This document shows positions 12,121 through 24,849 of a DNA stretch of 64,000 nucleotides, piece after piece; position 1 is the stretch's first letter, and the number at the start of each line of letters is the position of its first letter. Under the pieces are notes generated by a model that was not told the DNA's origin, ran no database searches, and saw nothing but the letters and a program-made list of their open reading frames with translations. Both the position numbers and the translations under genes were made by a program. This DNA comes from Pecten maximus. Taxonomy: Eukaryota. The stretch spans positions 30,070,001-30,134,000 of the forward strand of contig NC_047031.1 in NCBI RefSeq assembly GCF_902652985.1, written 5' to 3'.

Positions 12121-15100
12121 ATGAATTTAAAACAGAAGGAAGCCTATGATATTGCCATCGCAGTCCACAATTTATACATAGGTGGATCAGCGGGAACTGG
12201 CAAGTCCTTTCTGATTTCAGAAATAGAAAACGGACTCCGTAAAGCAGACAAAAGTGTTCATATCACGTGTACAACAGGGATAGCTTGTGCAAATTTTAGC
12301 AATGCGATGACAATTCACAGATGGGCTGGCATAGATGACGGTCGATATTCATCCAAAGAAATTGCTACATTGATCAAGGAAACCCCCAAACACAGAGACA
12401 CTTTAGAACGATTGATGAAGGCTGACACACTAATAATAGATGAAATAAGCATGCTTTCAGATAAGCTTTTTCAGCAACTGGAGGAAGTATGCAGCCTGAA
12501 AAATCCAGATGTTATCTTTGGTGGTATACAACTTATACTCTGTGGCGATTTCAGACAACTCCCACCTGTTCCTAATGTACAATACAATGATGAAGGTAAC
12601 TTCTGCTTTCAGTCAGAACTATTTCAAACTGCTGTTCCTCATCGTGTTATATTATGTGACATAATCAGGCAACAAGACCAGACCCTTATTAAAGCCATCC
12701 AAGAGGTCAGTGAAGGGGTTGAACTGACAGAAGAATCATTAACCCTTATTAACTCTATGGAGAGGCCATTACCAACAGGGCCTCCTTCTGTTAAGTTGTT
12801 TGCTACTAATAACCTTGTGGATGACTATAACAGAAGGCGTATTTTGAACTGGAGGGGAGAGTTGATTGAGTACTCTGCAGTTGATACTGGGGATAAAAAA
12901 CATCTCTCAAAGATACTGGCTCCACAAAAACTTTGGTTGAAGGAAGGTTGTCCAGTTGTGCTCCTTCGCAATTTTTCCAAAGTTCTTTACAATGGATTGC
13001 AGGGATATATTGTTTCACTGGGGAAAGATGGACCTGTAGTGGACTTCGGATCATTAGGTGTACATAGGATAACAAAAATTAAGTTCACAGGTAAATATAA
13101 GATGCTTAAAGTTGAGATGTCAAATGAAATTCATATGATCTTGATAACAGTTATTCATATGTACTAAAACACTTGTATACATGGGTTTTAATTTGATGAT
13201 AGAATGATCATAATTGCTTAATTATTAATAATTAATCATTACAAAATAATGTATGTTATCATGTATATATAGATTATCCATAATTAAATAACTACTCAGT
13301 TATTCTGTTTTACTTATAAATAGCCCAATCTATTTACACACAATCTGTCAATACAACAATGCCCAAGTTCTATTGAATCTAGTTTGGGAAACAAATATTA
13401 CTGAAAGCCCAAATGTATTGATGACACAGTTCACAGTACTTATAATGATTACAATGTACATACATTATAATGATATTGATTACACATACATTGCATGTAT
13501 TTATGTTCATTTAGTATTTAGTCCTGTCATTGGAAAGAATGTGGCAGAAAGGATGCAGTACCCATTGAAGCTTGCCTTTGCCCTGAGTATCCACAAGGCC
13601 CAAGGAATGACTCTGGATAGGTATTATATGTTCTAAAGAAAAGGAAAAAAAAGTGATCTCATTTCATTTCAAAATATTTTATATCAAGTAATTAGTGTTT
13701 ATACATTTAAATAAAGTTATATAAATAAATGGATTAGACAACAGGCTAAGCCTATAGTGGTCCTTTCCAAGAAATCTGGTTATCTGATTGTTGTAAAAGA
13801 GAAGAAACAATGAGAAATAGAAAGATATGTATTATATAGTATTGCAATACACAAGAAAGATTAAATGCAGAAGGATGTAATTGATCTATATTAGGAGAAG
13901 TTTTTCATTAGAATAAAATGTAGAAAGGATAAAGAAGAAGATAAAGAAAAGGATTTCGAAGTAATAATAAAGAGAGTTCAATCAGATATAAGGAGAAAAT
14001 ATTACATACAAACAAACATACATACATTCACAAAGGCTCATATTCATTCACAACATTCACAAAGGCTCATATTCATTCACACATGTATACTTATTGCTTA
14101 CATATATATACATATGAATAAACATATGTAGGCATGTATTACATAACAATGCTAATCTTTTTTTTCTGTAACTAATTTTTTTATTTTTACATCATAAATC
14201 TTGTAGTTTTCTTTAAGTACTCACTTGAATGAAATAGAATAATTTGATTAATTTCATTTGACTTGTCTCATGGTGTCATGCATATATATGTTAAGTAAAT
14301 ATATTTGTAACTATTAGTTGATTTATGTTGGATTAAATTGATATTTTTCCAAGATAATGTTGCTAAACATTGCGTAGAAAAATGTCTGTATTATAATGTT
14401 TTGGACTACATGCACCTGCTATAAAGTGCTTTTTATAAGTACAATGTAAACATCATTGAATATGATATAATAGTCAGTTAAACTTTACACACTTTATAAA
14501 AATTCTTATTTCAGAGTAGAAGTTGACTGTCGCAACATATTTAAAGCTGGTCAGCTAGGCGTTGCCATGGGAAGAGTTAGGAGTGCGGCTGGGCTTCGTA
14601 TCCTGAATTTCAATCCGAGTGTTTGTATTCAGCAGCCAGATATCGTCCAGACCTTCATTGACACACCGTCTCGAGAACTTGATGACAGTCTACACTGCTG
14701 TAATGCTATCAGGTATTCAAATTGCCATAGATATTATATTTACATCCATTACACTGTCACTGATACACACTACCATATTAATTTCACATTATTTTTGGGC
14801 CTTTGTGGTCCATTGAAATATCCCGACACTTTATCACTAGCCATACATCTTTGGGTTGTGAGTTCAACACATACTTGGTTCAATGTTCAATGTTCAGTGG
14901 TTTTTCTCTGGGTACTCTGGCATTCCTGCATCTCCAAACCAGGCGAGTACTGAAATGACCATGGCTGTTAACAGGACTTCAGAAAAATTATTAAAAAAAA
15001 TTATTTCACGTTAGTGTTGCACTGCACATCTGATGATACAAAATCGTCAAATATACACCATTCACACATCAATATAATTACATTCTGATGATTTTAATTT

Positions 15101-18100
15101 TCTGTGAATCAGCTGGCTTGTCCTGGATTTTCCTTTTTTGGGTCTTCAAGGGATTTGGATTTTGGAACGCGTATGATAAAGCAGCATTGTTTTTGCCAGC
15201 ATTTGCTTTCGTAGATACAATATTTTGACCAAGTATGATATTATTCAGTGTTCTTCGGTATTGAAGGGCATTTGGGTTTGTGTTTGCACCATTGAATGTT
15301 GATCTCTGCTGATTAAACTCATTTTCTATAGCATCTGAATTGACTAAACATGGTGTTATAGATATTGAGTCACTGCCTGATGTAAGCTTAGAACAAAGTT
15401 CTACAAATCCAATTACACATGCCTGCAAATCTTCTATACATTGTGAAGACATTAGCATATGTGCCTTGACCTGTTTTGACAATGACGAATCTGATGTTAT
15501 TGTAGATTTCCAGTCAATAAACCAGCTTAGAGCTTCTTGCAGTACTTTAAGTCTCTCATCATCGTTGGTTTGAATTGGTCTTCTATCCCGAAATATACTT
15601 ATCAGCTTAGACGTTTGTCGAATAAGCTGAATAGCCCCGTTCAACACTTCCCCTTTCTTGCCAAGAGATGCTTGGTACTGAAGAAAGAGATGAAGCATTT
15701 CATTGTTCAGCACTTCTTCAGCGAGGTGGTTTCTCATTTTCATTTGTGAACTTGGAAAGATGTGTTCATTTGTTAGACTTCTGTGGAGAGAGAGGCCATT
15801 TTGTTGGTCCCATCTGTAGCACTCTATCCACATCTGCCATTGAATTTGGGTACCATCTTGAAGTGTCAATAATCTTGTTGACTCCTTTGAAACTCCACTT
15901 TTCATGATATTATTTCTGATTTTCTTGATAGAATGAGAGAAATCCATCATAAAAATAACCGATGTATTGAATCTACATGGACTAGGAACACATACAGATT
16001 CCTCAACCAGGCGATGCTGCAAGTTTATATGCATGAAGGATCTGTTGCATGGTGCTCCATCCATGCAAGTATAGGCAACTTGGAACCCATACATTCCTAG
16101 CCAATCCACAGCATCCCAAAATAAAACATGGAGCTGTGCTGCTTGTACTGTCGTTGATAAAAAATGTGCAAAAGGGAAGCGAAATCCTGTTACACCCAGA
16201 AAAATCAGCTGAAGTACATGAGTTCCTAATGTCTTTTCTTTCTTGCCTGATTTGAGGACCTCACACATGTTTCCTTCTTGACCTAGGTCAGTAAATCCAA
16301 GGAGTTCCACGACGTCACCATTCTTGGTTATCTGAATGTCACTCTGTATAGCCATCTCGTCTAGTATAACACCACCAATCATACCAGCGGAAGAAATATT
16401 TAGCCGCTTTGCCTCACTATACATCCAATGAAATATCTCCTCTTTGAACCCTACTTCATGCTTCACATTGTTTTTATACAAAATCAGTAGGGAAGGTGAT
16501 GGAAGCATTAATATGCCACTGTTTCTTAACATACAGTATCCACTTGGACTTCTTGTGAAGAGTTGAAGGCAAATTGAAATCAATACTTGACTCCATCTTC
16601 TACCACGGGCATCCTTTCCACAGTTATTGGCTTGACTTATTAAAAGTTCAAGCATGTTTTCTGGTGCATTTGGAATTAACTTTTGAAATTGCTCCCTAAG
16701 AGTAAGAGTAAGTTGAGGACTTGAATTTTCTTGTGTGGTATTCTCTGTTTGTGACCCAAATGTCATTTTTTGGCATACTCTACACACTTGAGATCTGTGA
16801 ATGAATCCAATTACTTTGACACAGTTAATTGATCTTAAATGTTTCTCGCATTTGCCATCACTGTCTTGCCATGCATCAAGGATGTGGAAACGACTACATA
16901 CTATATTTTTGTCAATAGCGATTCCTTCACACAGTCTAATTGAAGTCACCTGTTTACAGACCAAATCTAAATCACCAATGAAACTATTATCTATTCCAAT
17001 GCTTTTCAAATCAATGTCTTTCGTCCCAATGACCATCTGCCAGCTTCCGTCTTTATTGAAAGTTATATCTTTATAGACAGTGTTTCCATTTGAAATGTGA
17101 GGTGTTGGATATGACCATTGAATTTTATGTTCTGTTTTTTTAGTCAATATAAAACCAAGTGGTAGGTTAGTTACTAGTTCTTCTGGTGTTATTTTTCTAT
17201 CCCTTTGGAAAGAGTTGGTAGATAATGATAGTCCAATATAAATAGTTTGTTTCAAAGATCCAATATGTTGTCTTGTTTTCTTAACATTGGGGTACAACTG
17301 TGTAACATATCGAGAAAACAGTTGTGGAGATGTAACATCAGTTTCTTTATAGCCAAGATCCGTTATTTCCAAGCGATATGTCTCAAACAAAACATTTGCC
17401 GATACAGTGCCTTCTTCTATCAATCTTGAAAACATCCTGAAAATAGAAAGATGAGCAATTTAGTTAATAAGCCTTTAATAATAACCTACAAACTGTAAAC
17501 ACATTTGTACTGTTGGTCTTTTTATGTTTACTTTATATTTATATCATACACACCTTAACTCCTTCACACAAATATATATACACACAAATAAACGTCATGA
17601 CATATTCGAGACTGTATATAATGTGTTATCTATCCCCGATATATTTGATTTCAATTGTATATACAGTACGAGGAGGGTGATTTGGTACTCAAACGCTCAC
17701 AGCGCGTTTGCGCCCGTCGAGCGATGGGGATTAAAACCCCGCTGCAATCCCGCCGTAATCCCGCGCAAGCGATGTCGCTGTGATCCCGCTCACGCAGCGA
17801 TTCCGCTCTGACAAGGCAGCAACCCCGCTCAGCCAGCGATTCAGCTCCGGAAGGTCTGCAAACCCGCTCAGACAGCGATCCCGCTCCGGCGGGCCAGCAA
17901 ACCCGCTCAGCCAGCGATCCCGCTCCGGCGGGCCAGCAAATCCGCTCAGCGAGCGATCCCGCTCCCGTAACATGGACACAAGAAATCCTGCAATCTTTTT
18001 TTTTTTAATATAACGATGAATAAGAAGGCACTCATATTTATTTCATCAGAAACGTTCGCAGATTGTAATGTAATGTTTACAAAATGTGTTTCGTATCCAC

Positions 18101-18797
18101 TTGCTTGACTTGTTTTCTGCTTGTGTAAGTATCAAATCAGGAAAAATTTGGTTGCGCGAGTAATGAACTTTAGTTTAACAAAAAATGCATTTTATGGATC
18201 TTAAAGTATAATCATAGAAAAAGGTTAAACACAAAGTTATTTTTTAAACAACATCTTGTATCTAAAAATGTTCATACGGAGAGTTAGCGTAGTGCAAAAT
18301 GCAAATGTACATCTGGTTTTAATTAGATTGAGTACTCTGATATATTTCTAAGTTGTTTTGTCTTTTTGGTGTACATTGTACATACAGTACATGTACATGT
18401 TAGCTGGATCGTATGAAAGAGGAACATGACGCAATTTGGCCTGATTCGACCTAAAGGTGACCATTTTCAAATAAAAGGTAGTTCTCAGATTTGATATTCG
18501 CTGGTGTCAATAACATGGGGGGAAACATAGTTGTTGATGAAATATTTAAGTTTGGATGTCAATTAGACAATTAGTTTCTTTGATATAGGCAGGATTTGAA
18601 ATGTGGTCGAATTATACGATCGCCAGCCGTTATGTAGCCATGCCCGTTTGAGTTACCTACAAATGTATTCAATGCTCGGTAAAAGTTGTAGTATGCACAA
18701 TGCACGCGCAATGTACAGGGTACCGAGACAGTTATTCGACGGCTGGCGAGTGGCAGTATACACTGATACATGTAGGCTTAGTTTGTTGTCCAACCCA

Positions 18798-18836
<39 letters not shown>

Positions 18837-21800
18837 TATGTAATTTTCTGAATGAAATATTTGAATTGAATTGTGGTCATCCTTATCATTTACGTAAGCT
18901 GAGCCGTAAACTTATTAATCTGTATATCACCCATTTGATAGGTAACCAGTCTTGACATTTTTCTTAAAATGAAAACACATTCGTTTTAAACAACCGGACC
19001 CAAAACGTATGTCTCATATATACATTATACATATACATGTGTATGTGTTTGTTGAAACAAATACATGTACATGATTTATTACGGATAATGTTGTTGTTAT
19101 GATAAGTATTGTGTGTATATATAAATATAAGTAAATTGTATATGCACGTTTGGGTAAAATATCCAAGTTCGTCCTTATTAAAGTAATATGAAGATCAATA
19201 AATAAGTGTATCACGATATCGATCTACTGTATATAGGCTATGCCTGATGTCTAATCTTATTGACTTAACATCTCGTCAATAAGATGTGTTGAAATTAAAA
19301 ATATGGATACTGAGTGTTCTATTTTCTTACGAAACCTGACATAAATAGTTACCCTGGTTTTTTTATTTAAACATATTTTTATTGTAATTTATATTATATA
19401 AGAGATTTGGCAAAAACCACCTTTCCCGACACAAGTATACATGAAAAAATACAGCAAGATGGCATAATATAATATTTTAATATAATATTATTTTTAACAT
19501 TTTTACAAATTGGTTTGAGCGGGAGAGAGAGAGGAGGGGGAGTATATTTAAAGATATAGTGAAAGTAATTGCTCTTATTTCAATACATTAAACCAATACG
19601 TACATATTATAAATGTATAACTTTCAACAATACAAATTACGTACCTAATTTAAATCTGAAATATATATATGATTTAAGAATGATTAATACAACTATCATC
19701 GCATACGGATTTAATGGGTTTTACTTCCGCTATTATGGCCTCAAAAGGAAAACGGCAGGTGCCTTATTCTAAAAGACCTAAATGTAAGAGGTGAGATACA
19801 GGTAAACAGGGAAACATGGCGCATACCGCTAAATCCTTATGTAACAACATTCTGCCCGCAGGTAAAAAAAAACCGTAGGGGTCCGATGGGGGTCACTGCG
19901 ATACAGGTATACTCGCTATTGTAATCAAAATATGTGATTGGCAGATGTTAACAGCAGGTGAAAACATTTCTATAACGGTAACTACACTGTACACGACCGG
20001 TATTTGTCCTGTGTATAGAGGATTTATCTATATCACATTGATTAACTCCAATCATGATTTGTAAATGACGCGATTTTAACCACGTGGTCTCCATACAGTT
20101 TTATTTGGATACTATAACACATGGAAATGTGTTACATGAGGAACATTAACATTGTATCACACGTACATATATATGAATATTCATAGGATTATTTTACATA
20201 CACGTAATCAAAGAAGAGATTTTTTTTAGAAAAAAAAAGACAAACCATTTAGAACTTCGTTTATAATTATGAACTTTTAACAGACCTTTTAGTTTAGTTT
20301 TATTTGGATTTGAGCGGTAATAATTTAGAATAATACAGATAATGATACTCATCTCCTACATTTTCTGAAGACAGGGTTCATATCTTCTCCTGAAAATCTT
20401 TGTTACCTACCAGTTTCAATTGAAAATTTCAATTACATGTACGTACACTGTGTATCAAATACAGTTACAGTTAATCTAATCTCAGGCTTCATCGGACATA
20501 AAATGGACAATGGTCAATAGCTCGGTGAAGGACGAAATACTTCAAATTGTTTGGGTGTTGGGTCTTGATAATAATGGTGACTTTCGCATAGTCAGTACGT
20601 ATTTTTTTTACTTCCGAAATAAAAAGGACCGGAAATATTCCCATCTTGTCGATATAATTGATTAAAATATGTTTAAAATGTGTTTTTGTTGACGTTTTTA
20701 TCACATACACATGATAGATGACACCAATGTATTGTTTTTCTCACAATAAAGAAAGAATATTGGACTACACACACAATCATTCTGTGGTCTATATAGTTTA
20801 AACTGTATTTTATTTGACAATTTCCATTTAACAGTATATATACAATATAAGATATACATACATACATGTACATACATACTATAATGCTCTGTCTTGTAAT
20901 CAAAGATCGCACTACATGTATTTCTTTGTCGGCAAAAAGAGATTGGAGAGGCAATCGATTATCCTTTACAAAAGTGTTCGATATCTCACATAATAATATT
21001 GTACCAGACTGCTAAAATGGTAACACTCTTTCAATTATTTATTAGTCTTGTGGGTATACATCTCATCAACATCATACGATTACAAAAAATATAATTCAAG
21101 TCAGCTCGAGTAGAGCATTGCACTTGTGACGATTTTTTTTCTGAGAACATAGTAATTAAATGATTAGCTACTATAGTTGGGAAACTATTAGCACTGATTT
21201 CGATATCTACCGGTAATATGCATGTAAGTGTATGTCCGTGATATAATTATCCATGCAAGAGATGTCCCCGATGGACACATAAATAATGATAGTAATAAAA
21301 ACACAATATTTTTAGGCCGTGTATTTAAAACTTCGAAATGTTCAAATAATTGTAAAGTTTATGAATCTTACTACAGAAATTCAAAGATAATTTTCTCAAA
21401 CAGACATGTTGCTAGCTAAATACTTCAAATGACTATGTGGAAATAAGTCGAGATCAAAATAACGAGCCCCTTATATGTGGCCTCTCCGAGGTCATGCACA
21501 AAACGCCATCTATACAAAGGTCAGCTAAATCAGAATTGTAATAATGCTGCCTTGGACATGTGGCTCGTTGTCCACTATTAAAATGGTTACCGGATTGAGC
21601 ACATTTCCGTGTTCCCCATATCCCACTCGAGATTCACAAAAATTCTGACCAAGATCCGACCGTCCTAGGTACTCTAGAAATGATCACAAAACCGCCTTTT
21701 GACCCGTCTCCAAGTTCCGTAAGAATGAAATAATGCTACTGCGGACACTTGGTTCATTGTCCACCATTAACCAAAAAGATTACATTTTCGTTTTTCCAAA

Positions 21801-24748
21801 GAAGACAGTCACAAGTTAGTAGTCACAGGATACATTTACAATGTATTGACTCAGCTCCTAACACTAAATGACGACTATATCCAATATTACTGGATTTATG
21901 ACTCGTGAGTGTTCTTGCACATGCATGAAAAAAGTCTATTTAAACTTTAATAATTACAATATTTCCCTACAAATAGTTTTTATCAAAATGGGCTGAAATC
22001 AAGTACACTGTCATACTGTTCATCATTGTAGATATTATTCAACTTATAACAACGATTGCATTTGCAATGCATTACACATATGAATTTGTATCTCATGGTA
22101 ATTAAAGTATAATTAATCGACATCAGGCTGTTGAAAGTCTACCGTCATTACTGATTGAGCGGGTCCTATTCAATTCCGCTCGAGCGGGTCCGCTACAAGT
22201 CCGCTCGAGCGGGCCCGCTACAAGCCCACCCGGCGAGCGGGTCCGATACTAGTCCGCTCAAGCCCGCTACAAAACCGCTCAAGCCCGCTGCGAACCCGCT
22301 CAAGCCCGCGCCCGAACCTGCTGCCAATCCGCTCGAAGCCCGCTCAAATCCCGCTCAAATCCCGCTGCAAACCCGCGCAAATTCTGAGCGGAGGGCTGCG
22401 CGGGTCAACGCTCTGTGAGCGTTTGAGTACCAAATCACCCTCCTCGTACTGTATATATATGTAAGTTAATTTGTCATATCAATGTGTACATATACATTAT
22501 ATTTGTCTGTATTTCTTACCACCTGTTGTTACTAAGGAGAAGACTTAGATAGGCTATCCTATTGACTTTCTTTCTGTGTTAATAAAGTTTGTTGATATTG
22601 AAGTTGAATAAAGAAATGATAAAAGTTTGTATGAACTTAAACATAACTTTTGGTGTATATATAGAAATGTTATTTTTTTAAACATATATACCCCTGTAAC
22701 CTTCAAAATGGTGCAAGGTCATTTCTTTCATCATACATTATCCATAAACAAGGATTTAATGCATTTTTGTTAAGAGATTTTAATGGAAAATGTTCAGCTG
22801 GTAGACCTTGGGGAGTCAGACATTTACTGTAAAATTTATAATAATTATCACCAATTTTTATTCTTTTTAATTTTTCAGACAGGTGTCCATGGATTGGCAG
22901 ACCATATTTGGGCCAGATGACGACGACGATTTCATTGTTGATGGGAATCTCGGATGTGAAGGTGAAGCAGAAACAGAAGAGGAAGATGAAGATACTTTTG
23001 ATGATGACTTCAACAAAATCATTGTATCTGACAGTGTATTCTCAACTGATGAACTATCTGAGTATACTTTGCCGGCTTCATTTGACCCAGGGGCTCTCCT
23101 TCAAACAATGCGATCAAAGCATGAAGCCACAGCTATACAAACGGAATCAAATGAATTGATTGACCATTTGCTGAAGTTTCATGTTGAGAGGGTTGCAGAC
23201 TTCTGCAAAAAACAATTCTTAGTTTTGTCTGCATTTATGGAAGACCTCAACGTCACTGCCTCTGGTTCAGTAAAGTCTGAGGCTCTTTGTCATTTTTATG
23301 AAAAATGCAATCGGCATCAAACAAGCCAGGAATACCTCTTGACTGCCATGATACTGTTTCAAGACCTGCCCATACATTCTGATGCCCAAGCCCACATCTG
23401 CTACAAGTTGGCAGTGGAGGTAAGGAAGTTCTTGCTTCAGGAGAAGGTTGACCTCTTCCAGACAACCAAGAAATCCACTTACCAGAGGTTTGTGACCAGT
23501 GCATCAAAAGCGAGGATCCGTTATGTTGGTGGGTATTGTATCAGTAAGGTCAGATATCGCAATCTGCAGCTTCAGAAGACAAGAGCAACCAAAGTCAGCA
23601 TTGAAGACCAGCAACAGTATGAGGAATCAACAATGGCAATCAACATACTGGATGCTTTAAGGGAGAATGAGGTTGTGTTGGAAAAACATTCTGCTCTTCC
23701 TGAAACATTGGTTGATGTCATCAGGAAACAAAATGTAAGCAGGGGGTTAACTCAGATCAGAGATGAACTATTCTTATTTTTCATGAAGCTGTGTGAACAT
23801 TGTCTTACAAACCTGACTGATCAACATCTCCATCAACACGGTCAACATCTCCACAGTCAATGCTTTAATGTAATCATGGGGAATATTCAACTTTACGAAC
23901 AGTTTCTGAAAGTTGTCAAGACAGTGCCTATGAAAAGTTTTTCTTTGTATGAAAATACATGTGATGTGGGTTCATCAGTCGTTGAAGACATTCTCAATAA
24001 ACTCACATTGGAAGTCTCTGTGACCGAGTGTATTTACAAGGATATTGTTGAGAAGTTTGTCATGGTGATGCTTAATCAATTTAGGAAAGACCTGCTTCAA
24101 GCATTTTCAGTGGAGAAAACATTAGCTCACAGAAAGCAAATTTTGATCAAGAAATCAAAACAAAGTGATATTCAGGGAACAGTCAGCTTTGATAGTATCA
24201 GTAAAGATAACTCCATAGGTAAAGATATGTCACACAATTTACTGAAAGGTTTACTTCTCCAACAGAAAGATGTTTTGAAGTCATTTACCAAGACCAACCT
24301 CCAAACATTATGCAAGGCATACTCTCTGAAGGTATCAAGGGTTTATACAAAAGCAAAATTAATGCAGGACTTGAAAGCAAGGATACTCGCCAGTAATGCC
24401 ATGCCAAATCCAAACGTCATTCACCATGACACAGAATCCAAGATGGCAGAGACAACTACTCTTTCAGAACCTCAACCAGGACCAAGTTCTGCAGCAGATT
24501 CTTTTGAGGACACTCAGAAAGAACCTAAAGGTACCTCGACTGAAGAGGATGAAGCAATGCTTCAAAAAGATCCTGAAGAAGAGGAAGTCTGCAAAGTTTG
24601 CAATAAAGTTGGTAGTGTATTGTATTGGATATACTGTGAAAGCTGCTCTAAATGGCTACACAGGAACTGTGCAGGGCTTCGTTCAAAAAAAAAGTGGGAC
24701 AATGCAAGACAAGAAGGAGTAAAGTTTTTCTGTAATGACTGTCAATAA
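12121..24748 (+). CDS. PIF1-family SF1B helicase fused to acidic tract, P-transposase-CTD-like region, SAP-like motif and PHD finger (~1047 aa, 4 exons)
   Basis: Exons 12121-13090, 13515-13620, 14515-14712, 22879-24748; GT-AG, phases 1,2,2 all in frame (3144 nt). Motifs GSAGTGKS, TIHRWAGI, IIDEISML, GDFRQLPPV, LKEGCPVVLLRN, QYPLKLAFALSIHKAQGMTLD, GQLGVAMGRVRS; C-terminal C4HC3 PHD. Confidence 0.8.
14795..14980 (+). mobile_element. Degraded SINE inside the P element
   Basis: GGTTTTTCTCTGGGTACTCTGGCATTCC and AAATGACCATGGCTGTTAACAGGAC match the SINE at 1-150. Confidence 0.6.
15078..17435 (-). CDS. P-element/THAP9-type DDE transposase (785 aa exon)
   Basis: ILDEMAI (D1), MDGAPCN (D2), DFSHSIKKIRN (DxxH..K..RN), KMRNHLAEEVL, SDAIENEFNQQR (E); acceptor TTTCTATTTTCAG one base before the ATG; no THAP domain seen. 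Confidence 0.9.
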   Translation of the reverse strand: MFSRLIEEGTVSANVLFETYRLEITDLGYKETDVTSPQLFSRYVTQLYPNVKKTRQHIGSLKQTIYIGLSLSTNSFQRDRKITPEELVTNLPLGFILTKKTEHKIQWSYPTPHISNGNTVYKDITFNKDGSWQMVIGTKDIDLKSIGIDNSFIGDLDLVCKQVTSIRLCEGIAIDKNIVCSRFHILDAWQDSDGKCEKHLRSINCVKVIGFIHRSQVCRVCQKMTFGSQTENTTQENSSPQLTLTLREQFQKLIPNAPENMLELLISQANNCGKDARGRRWSQVLISICLQLFTRSPSGYCMLRNSGILMLPSPSLLILYKNNVKHEVGFKEEIFHWMYSEAKRLNISSAGMIGGVILDEMAIQSDIQITKNGDVVELLGFTDLGQEGNMCEVLKSGKKEKTLGTHVLQLIFLGVTGFRFPFAHFLSTTVQAAQLHVLFWDAVDWLGMYGFQVAYTCMDGAPCNRSFMHINLQHRLVEESVCVPSPCRFNTSVIFMMDFSHSIKKIRNNIMKSGVSKESTRLLTLQDGTQIQWQMWIECYRWDQQNGLSLHRSLTNEHIFPSSQMKMRNHLAEEVLNNEMLHLFLQYQASLGKKGEVLNGAIQLIRQTSKLISIFRDRRPIQTNDDERLKVLQEALSWFIDWKSTITSDSSLSKQVKAHMLMSSQCIEDLQACVIGFVELCSKLTSGSDSISITPCLVNSDAIENEFNQQRSTFNGANTNPNALQYRRTLNNIILGQNIVSTKANAGKNNAALSYAFQNPNPLKTQKRKIQDKPADSQKIKIIRM
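17664..22451. mobile_element. Non-autonomous TIR element (Tc1/mariner-like ends), 4788 bp
   Basis: 39-bp perfect TIR CAGTACGAGGAGGGTGATTTGGTACTCAAACGCTCACAG, TA on both flanks, GC-rich CCCGCTC subterminal repeats, no long ORF. Confidence 0.85.
22879..24748 (+). CDS. Last exon of the PIF1 fusion gene (acidic, YVGGY region, SAP-like, PHD)
   Basis: 621-aa ORF preceded by acceptor TTTTTCAG; CKVC...CESC..WLH..C...C..C PHD at ~24590-24745. Confidence 0.85.
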
Positions 24749-24849
24749 ATTAGATTTAGAAATGTTAAAACTACCATTATTTCATAACAAATCAAACATA
24801 TTTTTCTGGATTCCAAATTGTGTGTGATATATATATATATATATATATA

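Noticed and set aside
12097-14712. PIF1 helicase as a Helitron or as the host PIF1 gene
   Set aside because: No Rep/HUH domain or TC...CTRR ends; it lies between long TIRs with an 8-bp TSD and is fused to a PHD exon, unlike host PIF1
21540-21770. Imperfect ~190-bp-spaced repeat translating on minus strand as ILIVDNEP/MVDNEPSVR (receiver-domain-like)
   Set aside because: Stops within ~25 codons and no further receiver motifs; probably coincidence
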